Below the pieces are notes generated by a model, which did no database searches, was not told where the DNA came from, and worked only from the letters and a program-made list of their open reading frames with translations. A DNA stretch of 64,000 nt, taken from Octopus sinensis. Taxonomy: Eukaryota. The DNA is taken from the NCBI RefSeq assembly GCF_006345805.1, contig NC_043002.1, forward strand, positions 11,470,001 through 11,534,000. The letters run 5' to 3'. A program made the position numbers and the translations under genes. Positions 51,612 through 64,000 of this stretch are shown one piece after another; position 1 is the stretch's first letter; each line of letters begins with the position of its first letter.

Positions 51612-52385
51612 TATATGCATCTCTTTTTACTTATTTTAGTCATTAGCCTGCAACCATTGTGGGGCACTACTTTGAAGGGTTTTATTAGTCAACGAGATTC
51701 GATCCCTGAACTTATCTGTGAAGGCACATGGTTCAGTGGTTAGAATGTGGGGCTCACAATCATGAGGTGGTGAGTTCGATTCCTGGACTGAGCTGTGTGT
51801 TGTGTTCTTGAGCAAGACACTTCATTTTGTGTTGCTCCAGTTCTCTCAGTTGTAGACATGAGTTGTGACATCACTGGTGCCAAGATATATCAGCATTTAC
51901 CTTTCCTTTGGATAACATCAGAGGAGTGGAATGGAGGGGAGTGGAGTGGAGTGGAGTGGAGTGGCAAGGGTGGTATACATGGGTGGCTGTTGGTCTTCCA
52001 TAAACAACCTTGCTCAGAATTGTGCCTCGGAGAGGACTTTTCTGTGTTTAATTCGATGATCATTCATGACCGAAGGGGGTCTTTACTCTTACCCTTTAGT
52101 TATTCAATCAGTCTCATTTCCTGAACTGGTAAGTCACGGGGATGTAAATAAACCAGCACCATTTGTCAAATGCAGGGGACAACACAAACGTAAAGTCACA
52201 CACACACACACACACACACACATGATGGTCTACGATGCAGTTGCCAACTACTGAATTCAACCACAATGTATTTGTTGGCCTAAGGCTATTGCGGAAGACA
52301 CCTGCCCAAGGTGTCATGCAGAGGAATTGAACCCAAAACCACATGGTTGCCAAAAGAGCTTCTTTACCGAACATCCAAACCTCTA
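51612..52385. mobile_element. Decayed SINE A (-) interrupted by tRNA-headed SINE F (+, about 51718-52090)
   Basis: F head ggcacatggttcagtggttag...gagttcgattcc, then gtgttcttgagcaagacact. Contains (GTGGA)n. Confidence 0.75.
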
Positions 52386-52974
52386 CCTGTACATATGTCA
52401 CTATTCATTCAGATTCAGCCCAGTCTACAGCCACACCTGTTCGTTCCATTCTGCTCTCTTCAGTTATTTTAACTACAGTAGCTGATATGGTTCTCTCGTT
52501 GGTTCCTTTACAAATCCTGGGGATTTTACGAGTCGAGTGGGAGGGTATTTATTTAGTCAATGCAATGCACCTACAGCTACTTGAGTTGACAATCCAACAC
52601 AGATGTTGGTCTAACAGAAGAAATTCTTGTTATCTGGTTACTTTAGAAGTTAGTATATGGTCTCAGAGTCTTAATCAGATAAGACAGAGATAGAGAGAGA
52701 GAATGAAACAGTTGCAAGTAGCTCTCTCTCTCTCTCTCTCTCTATTATACAGCCAGTTATAATTATTGTCAGAATACTCACACACATTACTTTATAGTAG
52801 GAAAAGTGAAAATGGTAGAAAAAATTTACCGAGGCATAAGGAGTAATCTGGTTTGCCTAGAGGTACATCACAAACAACACAATGCTAAGATTACTAACAC
52901 TTTCAATACACATCTGCATGTTTCTATAACTAACAGAGATACAGAACAGTAAAAAAAAAACCCCAGCTAAGACA

Positions 52975-54022
52975 TTAACTCATTTGTTACCATATTTCTG
53001 TTCAAAAACACAGCCTTTGTTTTAAGAATATTTTGAAGATAAAGAAGAATGTAGTAAAATAATATTGTCATTAATAAGCTGGTATTTGTTTATTATGAAG
53101 GCCGCAAGCTGGCAGAATCGTTAGCATGCCGGGTGAAATGCTAAGCGGTATTTCGTCTGCAGCTACGTTCTGAGTTCAAACTCCGCCGAGGTCGACTTTG
53201 CTTTTCATCCTTTCGGGGTCGATTAAATAAGTACCAGTTTTGCACTGGGGTCGATGTAATCAACTTAATCCATTTACCTGTCCTTATTTGTCCCCTTTGT
53301 GTTTAGCCCCTTGTAGGTAGTAAAAAAATAGGTATTTCGTCTGCTGCTACGTTCTGAGTTCAAATTCTGCCATGGTTGACTTTATTTTTCATCCTTTCGG
53401 GGTCGATTAAATAAGTACCAGTTTTGCACTGAGGTCGATATAATCGACTTAATACATTTGTCTGTCTTGTTTGTCCCCTATGTGCTTAGCCCCTTGTAGT
53501 TAGTAAAGATATAGGTATTTGTTTATTAACTCTTTTGTTACTGTATTTATTTTGAGATGTTCTGTGTTTCTTTCAATTACTTTAACTATAACAAAGAATT
53601 TAGTAAAATAACTTAGTTATCAATCAGCTAGTGTTAAGAACATAAATTATGACTACGGTTTGGTGGAAGATTTTAATTAAAAACTTATGAAAACAAGACC
53701 TTTGTACTACAGAGCCAGAGCCGGTTTCAGTCGGGTTGATAATGAAAGGGTGCTTTGGAACATAAATTAACCTGAAATTTTGAAGTAAAGTTTTAATTTC
53801 GATTACTTCATCCCTTTTGTTGTGATATTTCTGTTGTAATACATTATCTTAATTTCAATTAATTTTTAAAATAAAGAAGCATTTATTAAAATAACTTTGT
53901 CAGCATGAAGCTGCTGTTAGGAATACGAAATTTGGATGGAAGTTTTTAATTTGGGCCAGTTTAAAACAGGAGGTTTGTATCTTAGAACCAGGAACAGTTT
54001 AAGGTTGGTATCAAAAGGGTTA
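52975..54022. mobile_element. MITE family 2 containing a related MITE (about 53528-53748) and a SINE B dimer
   Basis: Termini ttaactcatttgttacc... and ...ggtatcaaaagggttaa. Inner element ttaactcttttgttac...gataatgaaagggt. Confidence 0.7.
53096..53513 (+). mobile_element. SINE B (tail type 2) with tandemly duplicated body
   Basis: Body ggtatttcgtctgc...agtaaaga(a)ata occurs twice. 15-bp TSD ggtatttgtttatta at 53081-53095 and 53514-53528. Confidence 0.9.
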
Positions 54023-54112
54023 ACAAGTGTATAGAAATTAACATATATGTTGTATGGGAGCAATGTCTATACATACATAGATATATATACATACATAAAT
54101 AAATACATACAT

Positions 54113-54145
<33 letters not shown>

Positions 54146-54199
54146 CATGCATACATATACATCTGTGTATATATATATGTGTATAGGTATATATAGACT

Positions 54200-54392
54200 A
54201 TGGCACTATGGCACTACAACCAGCCAGGAACAGTCTTCGCTACATTTGCAGTACCTGCCAGAGGGAGTGTTTGTCCAGGATAGGACTACACAGCCACAGC
54301 AGGAAATGTATCAAGACATGAAATATAAAAGCCGGACTAGACTACTTTGTGCGCAACTCCATTGTCTCCCGAGACAGAAAGGATGCCAACCA
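54200..54392 (+). mobile_element. RTE-clade LINE 3' end with C-terminal zinc knuckle
   Basis: 54241-54321 encodes YICSTCQRECLSRIGLHSHSRKCIKT* (CxxC...SRIGLxSH). The 3' UTR stem-loop tgtctcccgagaca is followed by ggatgcc. Confidence 0.85.
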
Positions 54393-54454
54393 ACCAATAG
54401 GTATATATATATATATATGCATACACACATACACACACACACACACACACACAG

Positions 54455-54486
<32 letters not shown>

Positions 54487-54582
54487 ATAAGGGTGAAAAA
54501 TTGAATATTAATTTGATTAATATCAATTAAAAACCATATAGATAATTCTGAAGATTCAGAAAAATTATATTACATACATATC

Positions 54583-54693
54583 AGAGTGATGACCACTAAT
54601 TGGACATCTATATCCTAGAAGTTGACCCCCTGTGGTCTTACCATAGGGGGTCAACTTCTAGCATATGGATGTCCACTTAGTGGTCATCCCTCT
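54583..54693. repeat. Long hairpin (~54-bp stem, 3-nt loop) next to (TA)n
   Basis: Outer 49 bp match 45/49. The inner gtggt/accat extends the stem. Confidence 0.92.
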
Positions 54694-55616
54694 TATATAT
54701 ATATATATACATATATATGTGTGTGTGTGTTTTACTTATTACTTTATACATTTTATTTTATTTTTTTTTTTTATCTAGTTTCAGCTCACAAGCTGTGGCC
54801 ATGCTGGGGCACCGCCATTTGGTGTTGCTTCATGATTTTACTTCACGAATGCTTTTTAGCAATTGCCATTTGGTGCATGAGAGAGTTCGATGCAGCTGCC
54901 CTCATCTGCACCTCCTGCCGTGAAGTTGGTTCATCTGGACACCTGATATGTATATAATATATATTATATATATATATATATATAGATAGGTAGATAGATT
55001 GATATATATACATATATATATGTATACATATATATACACACACATATATGTGTGCATACATATACATACAAGTAGATGGCATGTTGGGTGAAGTTAAGTG
55101 TAATAATACTAACAGGGTTGAACATGTGCTAAAAATTTAAATGACAGAATTTGTTTTAAGTCAACGATTTTCAGAAGTTGATGCAAAACGTCAACTTATT
55201 TATATTTTTTTAGAAATATAGAAAGCGTAATGGGGGTGATGGAGGAGGTAGAGGATGAGGAGAAAGAGCAGGGGAGGAAAATTATGATGATGATGATGAT
55301 GATGTTGATAATTTGCTAAATATATCCCCAAAGAGAAAGAGTTTCTTGACATTCGTAGTTGATATGATTCTGGGATAAAATTTGATATGAGGATAAGACT
55401 ACCACGAATAGACAGTGCAGAAGAGATAGATGTCAATTATGCATAGAACAGTGCATAATTATCACAATAATGATGAGCTTATAAGTATACAGTGCCCAGG
55501 TACTGTAGCTCATCAGAAAAGGTTAAAAGAGGGGACAGAAGAAAGCAATGTAAGTCGGTTAAAGAATGGCAATAATGAAAGCTAGAAATACATGAACAGT
55601 ACTCAGAGTTAAATAG

Positions 55617-55912
55617 TGGAGGCACATGGCCTAGTGGTTAGAGCAGTGGACTCGCAGTCGAGGGATCGCGGGTTCGAATCTCAGACCGGGCGATGTGTGT
55701 GTTTATGAGTGAAACACCTAAGCTCCACGCGGCTCTGGCAGAAGGAAATGGTGGAACTTCTGCTGATTCTTTCGCCACAACTTTCTCTCACTCTTTCCTC
55801 CTGCATTTTGCAGCTCACCTGTGCCTGACCGGTGTCCTGTCCAGGTGGGGAACCTATACACCAAGGAAACTGGGGAACCAGCCCTTATGAGCCAGGCATG
55901 GCTCGAGAAGGA
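55617..55912 (+). mobile_element. SINE family D, full length
   Basis: 16-bp TSD actcaga(g/a)ttaaatag at 55601-55616 and 55913-55928. Confidence 0.92.
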
Positions 55913-56228
55913 ACTCAGAATTAAATAGAAAAAGGCAGAAAATTAGAGAGTAAATGAACCATATGGAGTAGGATGCAAAGACATGTCAGGAGAAGAGGAA
56001 GGGAATTTTGGGAAGCATGGAAGTTTTGAAGGACACAGTGTCCTGATAGCTAACTATTGATATAAGTTGTTTATCCCATGCTTCAACAGTTGAGAGTGCT
56101 AAAAATTGTTTCTACAAGTTATGGGTGTTGTGCTGTGTTTTGATTTTATAAGTGTGTCCATGAGATGGCCAGAGATTTTGTAAGAAAAGATGGTGGATAA
56201 TCCCGTAGGCTTCAATTCAGCTGCTTAA

Positions 56229-56450
56229 CACTTTAGCATTTAAACCGGCCATATCCGGCCCAAATATTGTATCAGTTTTTCCTTCAAACTAGATAGATCT
56301 GGCTTTTCACACCAACCGTACAGTGTCATTCTAAAAATAAACACTCACATCATTGAAATTTTTGAAGTTATGATATAATTCATGATAAATTCAAAGCAGT
56401 GTGAATAAATAAACATTACATTTGTAGAGACTAATCTGAACACTAAAGGG
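56229..56450. mobile_element. piggyBac-type MITE (family 1)
   Basis: TTAA|cactttagc ... ctaaaggg|TTAA, 222 bp, collinear with 12376-12595. Confidence 0.85.
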
Positions 56451-56977
56451 TTAATGTCAAAACTTTAAGAGTGTCAGTGCACGGAGAAGTAAGATCTTCA
56501 AGATATGGTAGGTAACCAACAGAGGATATTTATCTGATTGCACATTCCAGGACAGCTTCTAGTAGATTGATATTCAGGAGAAAATTTGGGGGTTCCATAG
56601 ATAATATATAACTTCAGATAGATAGCTGATGAACAGCTTACAACGATCATGGTGAGTGATTCTAAGAAACCATTGACTTTTCCTGCATATCTGAGAATCC
56701 ATGCAGGATTAAAACCTGTATATGCCCATAAAAATGTCTTAAAATTTCACTGTATTTAGATTAAACATTATGGTAAGATTTCACAATGTGGAAAATAAGG
56801 ACAGTATGCAACTGTTAGCTATGGGTGTCGACTATCTACTGAACATTTCATATGCTCAGTCAGATCCTTCTGGGTGAGTTCATGTCCAAATAAGTAGGGG
56901 CAGGTTTTGCATTGCGAAAATGCCAACCGGGGTATATATGGGTTAAAAGGCTGTAGGATTTTGTCTGCTGAAGCATA

Positions 56978-57400
56978 ACTTTACTTACTTGTGTCGACAT
57001 TCACCCTGGGCGGGTTGAGTCGGCTTCTTCTACCACCCTCGAGGCATCTCGAACCATGGCAGCCCACACACGACGGTCCTTCGCCAGTTCACTGGAGATA
57101 GCGAGCCAGTCACGGTTCCATCGGAGCAGGCCGACCACCTGCAGTCCCATGAGCATGGAGAGGTCCTCCTTGATCATCGTAACCTAGGTCTTCAGCTGCC
57201 CCTTCCCCCCTCGCGCGTTTCCGCCATTTGGGAAGTGGAGTTGGGAGAAGGACATCACGGCTCAGTTCACCCAACGGACGCCTACATTCATGGCCAAACC
57301 ACTGCAAGCACCGTTGCAGAAGGACAGATGGAATGGGCCGCGGAGACAGGCGAAGTCGGAGATTGGTGGTGGGAACTCGATCCACCCAACGAGTTGAAGA
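56978..57400 (-). mobile_element. RTE-clade LINE 3' end, same family as 1106-1307
   Basis: LQWFGHECRRP...KWRKRARG/QLKT*VTMIKEDL...WNRDWLAISSELAKDRRVWAAMVRDA...TRPG*, with a caagtaagta tail. Confidence 0.9.
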
Positions 57401-57469
57401 GTAACAATTTGTATGTCCATTTAGAATGAATCTGTTTAATTTCTGTAACTCAGTTTTCATCTGATTCCA

Positions 57470-57856
57470 CGATACCAACCCATTTGAGACCACCTCTGGT
57501 TCTATGATATGAATTCATTGCTTTAAAATAATCAAAATTCAAACCTTCTTCAAATAAAATTTCATGTTCATTTATGCACCAAACATCAGCTGAATGACAT
57601 GATTATTCTTCTCAATTCATCATAATTTGAAAAACAATTAAATGAAACGATGACAATGCACTTCAACAGAGATATGGTAACAAAAGGGTTGAAGTTATCT
57701 CATTTAAAACCTTGCTTCAACATCACACGTTAATTTGTGTTTCAAACTCCAGCTTTTTAATGACAAAATTATTTTTGCTAAATTTTTCATAATTTTCAAA
57801 CTAAATAAAAACAAAGACGGTGTTTTTCAATGGAAATGTGGTAACAAAAGGACTAA
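57470..57856. mobile_element. MITE family 2 with two internal subunits
   Basis: gataccaaccc...ggttctatgat start. Subunits end tggtaacaaaagg at about 57690 and 57850. Confidence 0.7.
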
Positions 57857-59039
57857 GGAAGGTGGAGAGGTGGTCTTGGCTGTTGCAAGTCCTCCTGCAA
57901 AGGTGAAGTCAGTGCAGATCGTGCACAGTCTTAACATCTGTGGTTTAATGTCAACAGACAAAAAAAGATAATAGAGAAAGAGAGGGAAAGAGATAGATCG
58001 AAAGAGAGGTGGGGTTCACAGTGGGGGGGGGGGAAGAAACCAGGGTTTGGGTCTGAAAGAATACATGCAACAGAATGAACTCTGCTAAAAGCACTCAAGA
58101 ACCAATCTTTGGTGTTAAGCCCTGCATTATGTTAAATCTGTCAGAAAGAAAATATTTTATCTAAAGAAAAACACTGTGATGGACTTGTACAGGACTGCAA
58201 TACAACATCTGCTCATTATCATAAATCCCACAGTTTCTAGTGCTAAAGATTTAATGATTAATTATCATCAGATGGTACTAATTATTGCTTCACTCCAAAT
58301 TTCTTCACATAGTCTCTAATCTCATTGAACATCTTTTATCACCAATCTTCCACTGGGTGTGTGTCACCTACTCATATTATATCTCTTCTATATGTCACAG
58401 ACCTGTTTAAAACACAGGTGCACATTACACATGACCCCTTAGTCTCTCAGGTTCCCACATACCCTCATTTAATGAATCACAGTTAAAATATATCCCTTTA
58501 GACCACAGCATTGTGGCATTTCAGTATGAGGATTTCGGGGCAGCATTTATATTTTTAACACTGCAGACACCACCAGATTGAATGGTCCTGCCCAGGTGTC
58601 AAAACCATAGTGAGACCTGTTTGGACAGCTGATGATGGGAATTCGCAAATGTTATCCTTGACTATGAACTCCTTATATTTTAGACTTGTTATTCTGGGTT
58701 GTCTTTCATCCTTGTAATGTGAAAGTGGTTGTGGATTCATAATCTGTGGAGATCGTTTACTTGGTATGGTTTTGTTTTCTCCATGGGTAACCTAATTACG
58801 CTTAAACAATGCTTAAATATTGGTGGCTATTTTGGGAAGATTCTTTGGTATTTAATATATGACAGTAAAATTGAACTGACCAATCTGTTATATATACTGC
58901 TGGTCACAGTACACTTCTTTGCATTGTTATAGCTTTGAAATGTCACTCAGCTGGAGCCTGAATCTGCACACACACATACACACACACTGACACCCATATC
59001 TATCTATCTATCTATCTATCTATCTAATCCACAAGTTTT

Positions 59040-59190
59040 GTTATTCTCTCTCTGTTTATTTTCTCTTACTCCTTTCTGTTGAAGAGTGTAGGCTCGAAAC
59101 ATAAAAGACACGTTTATCTTCCCAAGCATCAAACTAATATGCTTTTCATATTGCTTTTCATATGCCTGTCTTTGTCATTTGTTTTTCTAT
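59040..59190 (+). mobile_element. PLE terminal fragment with hammerhead-like motif (59072-59107)
   Basis: CTTT-CTGTTGA-A-GAGT-gtag-GCTC-GAAA-CATA-AAAG, related to 31348-31385. Confidence 0.7.
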
Positions 59191-59376
59191 AAATTTCAAC
59201 TACATACATAAATACATATATACCTTATTTGTGAGTTAAGAAAGCCACCAATAGTTTCATGCCAAAAGAAATCTTTTAGTAACCTTGTTAGCCCACAAAT
59301 AAACAATATTTCAATATTTATCCAGCAATATGGTGCTGAGCATTCATTCTCACTGTTTGATATTAACACATGTGTA

Positions 59377-59444
<68 letters not shown>

Positions 59445-59786
59445 TATAATATATGTATATGTATATGTAGACATATATACATTCACTAACTCACTTATAC
59501 AAATATGTTAGTAAATTAGAATATTAAGGAATATAAAGAAAATCAATATGTAAAAACAAATACTTATTAATCTTAAGCACTTCTTTGGCAACAGTGCTTC
59601 GTTTCAGTCTGAGACTAAGCTTACCAATTCCTAGAATGATTATGTAGACTAAAATATGTAAGAATACAGACAAATCTGTGAATTCAGCTTATCTCAGACT
59701 ATTTCAGTAATATTAGAGGAATATGTTTGAGTAATGCTCCTTCAGCTAATACTGTAATATAATTTGTGTAAGATATCTACGGCTTT

Positions 59787-60650
59787 TATCTTTTACTTAA
59801 TTCAGTCACTCGACTGTGGCCATGCTGCAGCTTTGCCTTGAGAGATTTAGTCAAACAAATGAACCCTGGTACTTATCTCTTTTTAAAGGTTAGCACTTAG
59901 TCTAGTGATATTTTTTGATGAACCTCTGTTTTACAGGAACATAAACAAACCAACACCCTGCTGCCAAACAATATATATATATACACATATATAGATTTAT
60001 ATTGTATATATATATATATATATAGATATAATATATTATACACATATAGGATATATATTATATATATATATGTGTATTATATATATGTGTAGATATATAT
60101 GTATATATATATACATATATTATATAGTACATAACATATAGATATATATATGTAAATATATATATGTATATATCTATATGTGTATATATATATGTATATA
60201 TATTATATATATATATCAATATATATATTATATATATAGATATATTATAAGGTGCAGGCTGTGGGGCTGTGGTGTGATAGAAAACTTGTTTCCCACCACA
60301 TGGTTCTCGGTTCAGTCCAATGCGTGGGCACCTTGGGCAAGTGTCTTGCTATAACATCGGGTTGACCAAAGCCTTGTGAGTAGACAGAAACTGAAAGAAG
60401 CCCGTCGTATATATGCATATATATATATAAATATATTTCCTTTCCTAAGTGTCCAATAACACTTTCCTAAGTGTTCCATGTACTCGCGTTGTGTTTTCTA
60501 TTTGTGTTTTCATATTTGGATTAACTATATATATATATATATATATATATGTATAGTGTGTGTGTGTGTATTTGTGTGTCTGTTTGTCCTCCCACCATCA
60601 CTTGACAACCGATGTTTGTGTGTTTACATCCCTGTGACTTAGGACAATTC
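59787..60650. mobile_element. SINE A 3' part (-, 59787-59960) and SINE A (+, 60250-60650) flanking (TA)n
   Basis: Homology to other copies. The + copy has a ~100-bp unrelated insert in its TA linker (about 60425-60525). Confidence 0.75.
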
Positions 60651-61134
60651 AATACCGTTTAGAAGAGAACATGTATAATAATAGATGCAAAATTCTGTCT
60701 ACCCGTCTGGGACTCGTGTATCTCAGTCTACATTTACTCTACACAGACATATTATACCTTTTTGGAATCAGGATGATTCTGGGATTCAAAATCTACCTGT
60801 CATTTCGTTTTTGAACATCCAGCATTAGGATCTGATTTAAAAGCCTATGGGGTTGCTATTTCCAGCTGGTAAAGCTTGGAAAATACATGCCATCTTGGTT
60901 GGCGTTTCTCGGATGTCATCAGAGATCAAGTGGGAAGATGGATGACATTCAGTTTGTTAATTTTACATCGAAATAAGAACTTTGGGACAAATTGGCCAAC
61001 AGTTGGAATTCATCTTGAGACTGGAATAATAGAATGACTGCATTACAGAATTAATTCTCATCCGTCCTTAACCTCTGATCAAGCACCACCGGAGCATATA
61101 GTCATTATAGACATAATATTACATTGCTATTTAG

Positions 61135-61370
61135 GGCGGCGAGCTGGCAGAATTGTTAGCACACCGGGTGGAACGCTTAGTGGTATTTCGTCTGTCGTTA
61201 CATTCTGAGTTCAAATTCCGCCGAGGTCGACTTTGCCTTTCATCCTTTCGGGGTTGATAAATAAAGTACCAGTTTCGCACTGGGGTTGATGTAATCGACT
61301 TAATCCGTTTGTCTGTCTTTGTTTGTCCCCACTGTGCTTAGCCCCTTGTGGGCAGTAAAGAAATATATAT
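61135..61370 (+). mobile_element. SINE B (tail type 2), full-length monomer
   Basis: Perfect 12-bp TSD attgctatttag at 61123-61134 and 61371-61382. Confidence 0.92.
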
Positions 61371-62165
61371 ATTGCTATTTAGCTCTCTTTAGTTTTGGGC
61401 TACAGGCACAATTAGCTCTTTGCAGGAGCCAGCTTAAGTGTTCACAAAGGGTGCGGCTTGTGAGCTGGTGTATATTAAATATAACATCCTAATTAAGGTG
61501 AGGAAGGTGAAGCTTTGAAATGATTGTCAACACTATCATTGAACAAGTTAATAAATATATGTGCTTTCAACTTTGCCCATCAAAAGACATTGTTCAGCCT
61601 AATATTTACTAAGTTGATACTCACACGTTTATCTGCTTTGAGTTTCACATTACCTAGCAACAGTTACATGTGTGTGAGTGTGTGTGTGCTCATATGTAGA
61701 TATACATATATATGCATCTACGTGTATGCTCATACATGTATACGCACATTTCCCCTTGTTCTGGTCTAATGATCCTCAATGTTTCTTTCCGTTCGGTTTC
61801 CTTGTATGTCTCCACTGTCCTGTTATTTTGTTCACAACTTTGACCCTCCGTAAACCCCAAATTTTATTTTGGAATTTATGGGGGCAACATTCATCGAAGA
61901 CTCATATTATCATTGAGTGCTTGAAATTAGGAGTAGATAGTCAGCTGACAACTGATAAAGGGTCATTCTCTGTGTTTACTTGTCCTGTTTTCCATTTTTC
62001 CCTCTCTTTGTTTGCGTATTCAACTCATTTGTTTTTGTACCGTGCCCAGCATATCAAAAATGGCCAAGGTGTAGTACAACGGTTTTGCTATGGAATGGTG
62101 AAACTATTTTTCGTTTTCTGAAAAAGCAACGTTTTGGACTTATGACACGTTTGCATGATAGCAAG

Positions 62166-62197
<32 letters not shown>

Positions 62198-62823
62198 CAT
62201 ACATACATACACGTGCTTATGTATGTACATATTTACACACACACATATATATACAAACATACATACATATATAATACATATATACACATACATGCACATG
62301 TGTATATAACGTATACATACATACATTAGATTATATTATATATATATATATATATATATATCTATATATTATTATATATATTTATAATACATATAACATA
62401 TATATATATTTATATATACACACACAAATACATACATATGTTTATATATATACATGTGTGCATATATCTGTATATATATATATATATACATACGAGTATA
62501 TATATGTACATATGCATGTATGTATGTATGCATGGATGTATTTGATTTTATGCATGTGTGTGTATTTGTGTATGTTTTAATTTCCTTTCCGTCTGCCCTC
62601 AATCTTATTCTAGAGTTTTCATTTTCTTAATAAGTAAAATATGTATTGAAAATGGGGAAAAAAGTCCCCTGATTGGCAATTATAAAGTAATCAATGAGGA
62701 GTGAATGGCAGTGTGGGGGTGGGGTAGTGGTATCAGTAGAGGCAGAGGGGAGAGCTAAGAAATGTTATGATCAGGTGTGTCTACATGTTTGTGGTAGTAT
62801 GTGCATGTGTGTGTGTGTATGTT

Positions 62824-62856
<33 letters not shown>

Positions 62857-62996
62857 AGGCCAGTGTAGTGTATGTCAGAGCATATAACGGAAAGCATATT
62901 TGTTGTTGGTATCTTATATCCATACAGTATGTGTATATATAATATATATTTACATATGTATGTATATTATATATAAAGATAGATAGATAGATATAT

Positions 62997-63068
<72 letters not shown>

Positions 63069-63527
63069 TAGATTACTATATGTACATATAATATATTACT
63101 GTGATATATATATATATATATATATATATACATGCACAAAATATATCTTATAAGTATATATATGTATAATTATATATATATATATATATTATATATATAT
63201 GTACATCCCTTAGTCTAGATATATGTATGTATATATGTATATATGTGTATATATATATATATATTCTACATACATACATGTGTGTGTGTGTGTATAACTT
63301 CACACATTATGTGCATACACTACTGAGAATATTATCTGTATTATTTGTATGTGTTATGCATGTTTTAAAAATATCAACATATTGGACACACACACACACA
63401 CATACACACACACATATTCATTTATCAACATGTCTACTGTCCATCTGTCTGTCTGCTTATCTCACTCTATATATACATGCATACGTATATATACACACAC
63501 ATTCAGAGACACACCCACAGGCAGTCC

Positions 63528-63558
<31 letters not shown>

Positions 63559-63613
63559 TATATTACGCATATGTGTATAGACACACACACACACACACAC
63601 ACACCACACACAC

Positions 63614-63677
<64 letters not shown>

Positions 63678-63681
<4 letters not shown>

Positions 63682-63850
63682 CACGTAAAAAGCACCCACT
63701 ACACTATGGAGTGGTTGGCGCGTTAGAAGCGCATCCAGCTGTAGAAACATTGCCAGATCAGATGGGCCTGGTGCAGACACAGTTGAACCGTCCAACTCAT
63801 GCTACCATGGAAAACGGACGCTAAACGATGATGATGATGATGATGATGTG
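63678..63850 (+). mobile_element. Family E 3' part
   Basis: ggcacgtaaaaagcacccactac...ggaaaacggacgctaaac(gat)n. Confidence 0.85.
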
Positions 63851-64000
63851 ATATATGATATATATAGATGTATATATGTATATATGTATATATATATGTA
63901 TGTATGTTTACATATATATATACATATACTTATATATATGTTAGTGTATGTGTAAATCTATATATATATAGGTATATATATATATAGGTATATATATATA

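Noticed and set aside
54542-54568. CTGAAGA...GAAA hammerhead-like words
   Set aside because: No room for helix III or a cleavage triplet. It is only a short palindrome.

Overview
AT-rich, microsatellite-dense eukaryotic non-coding DNA. It is very likely from an octopus (inference from the SINE, PLE and MITE families, recognised from memory and not searched). There is one 100-N assembly gap (3890-3989). The only host coding sequence I can recognise is a single 152-nt + strand exon (667-818) of an UNC-93-like MFS membrane protein, and no further exons of it were recognisable. The rest is a layered deposit of mobile elements: about 5 tRNA-headed SINE families plus a (GAT)n-tailed VNTR retroposon (labels A-G are my own), 3' ends of several RTE-clade LINEs, R4/Dong-type RLE LINE ends in (TAA)n, Penelope-like elements (GIY-YIG fragment plus minimal hammerhead-ribozyme motifs), TTAA piggyBac-type and hAT MITEs, and a probable Helitron remnant. 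Nearly all ORFs in the supplied track are microsatellite artefacts. There is no CRISPR, rRNA or bona fide tRNA gene. The most interesting items are (i) a short element joining a tRNA-like B-box head to a Penelope-type terminus with a hammerhead motif, (ii) a PLE hammerhead family with a shared non-canonical core, (iii) long near-perfect hairpins abutting (TA)n tracts, (iv) a VNTR-bearing retroposon that repeatedly lands in the middle of another SINE, and (v) a GC-rich frame-preserving 195/192-bp repeat inside nested MITEs. I do not see evidence for a new multi-gene system. Repeat boundaries are approximate (about +/-10-20 nt) unless a TSD is quoted.
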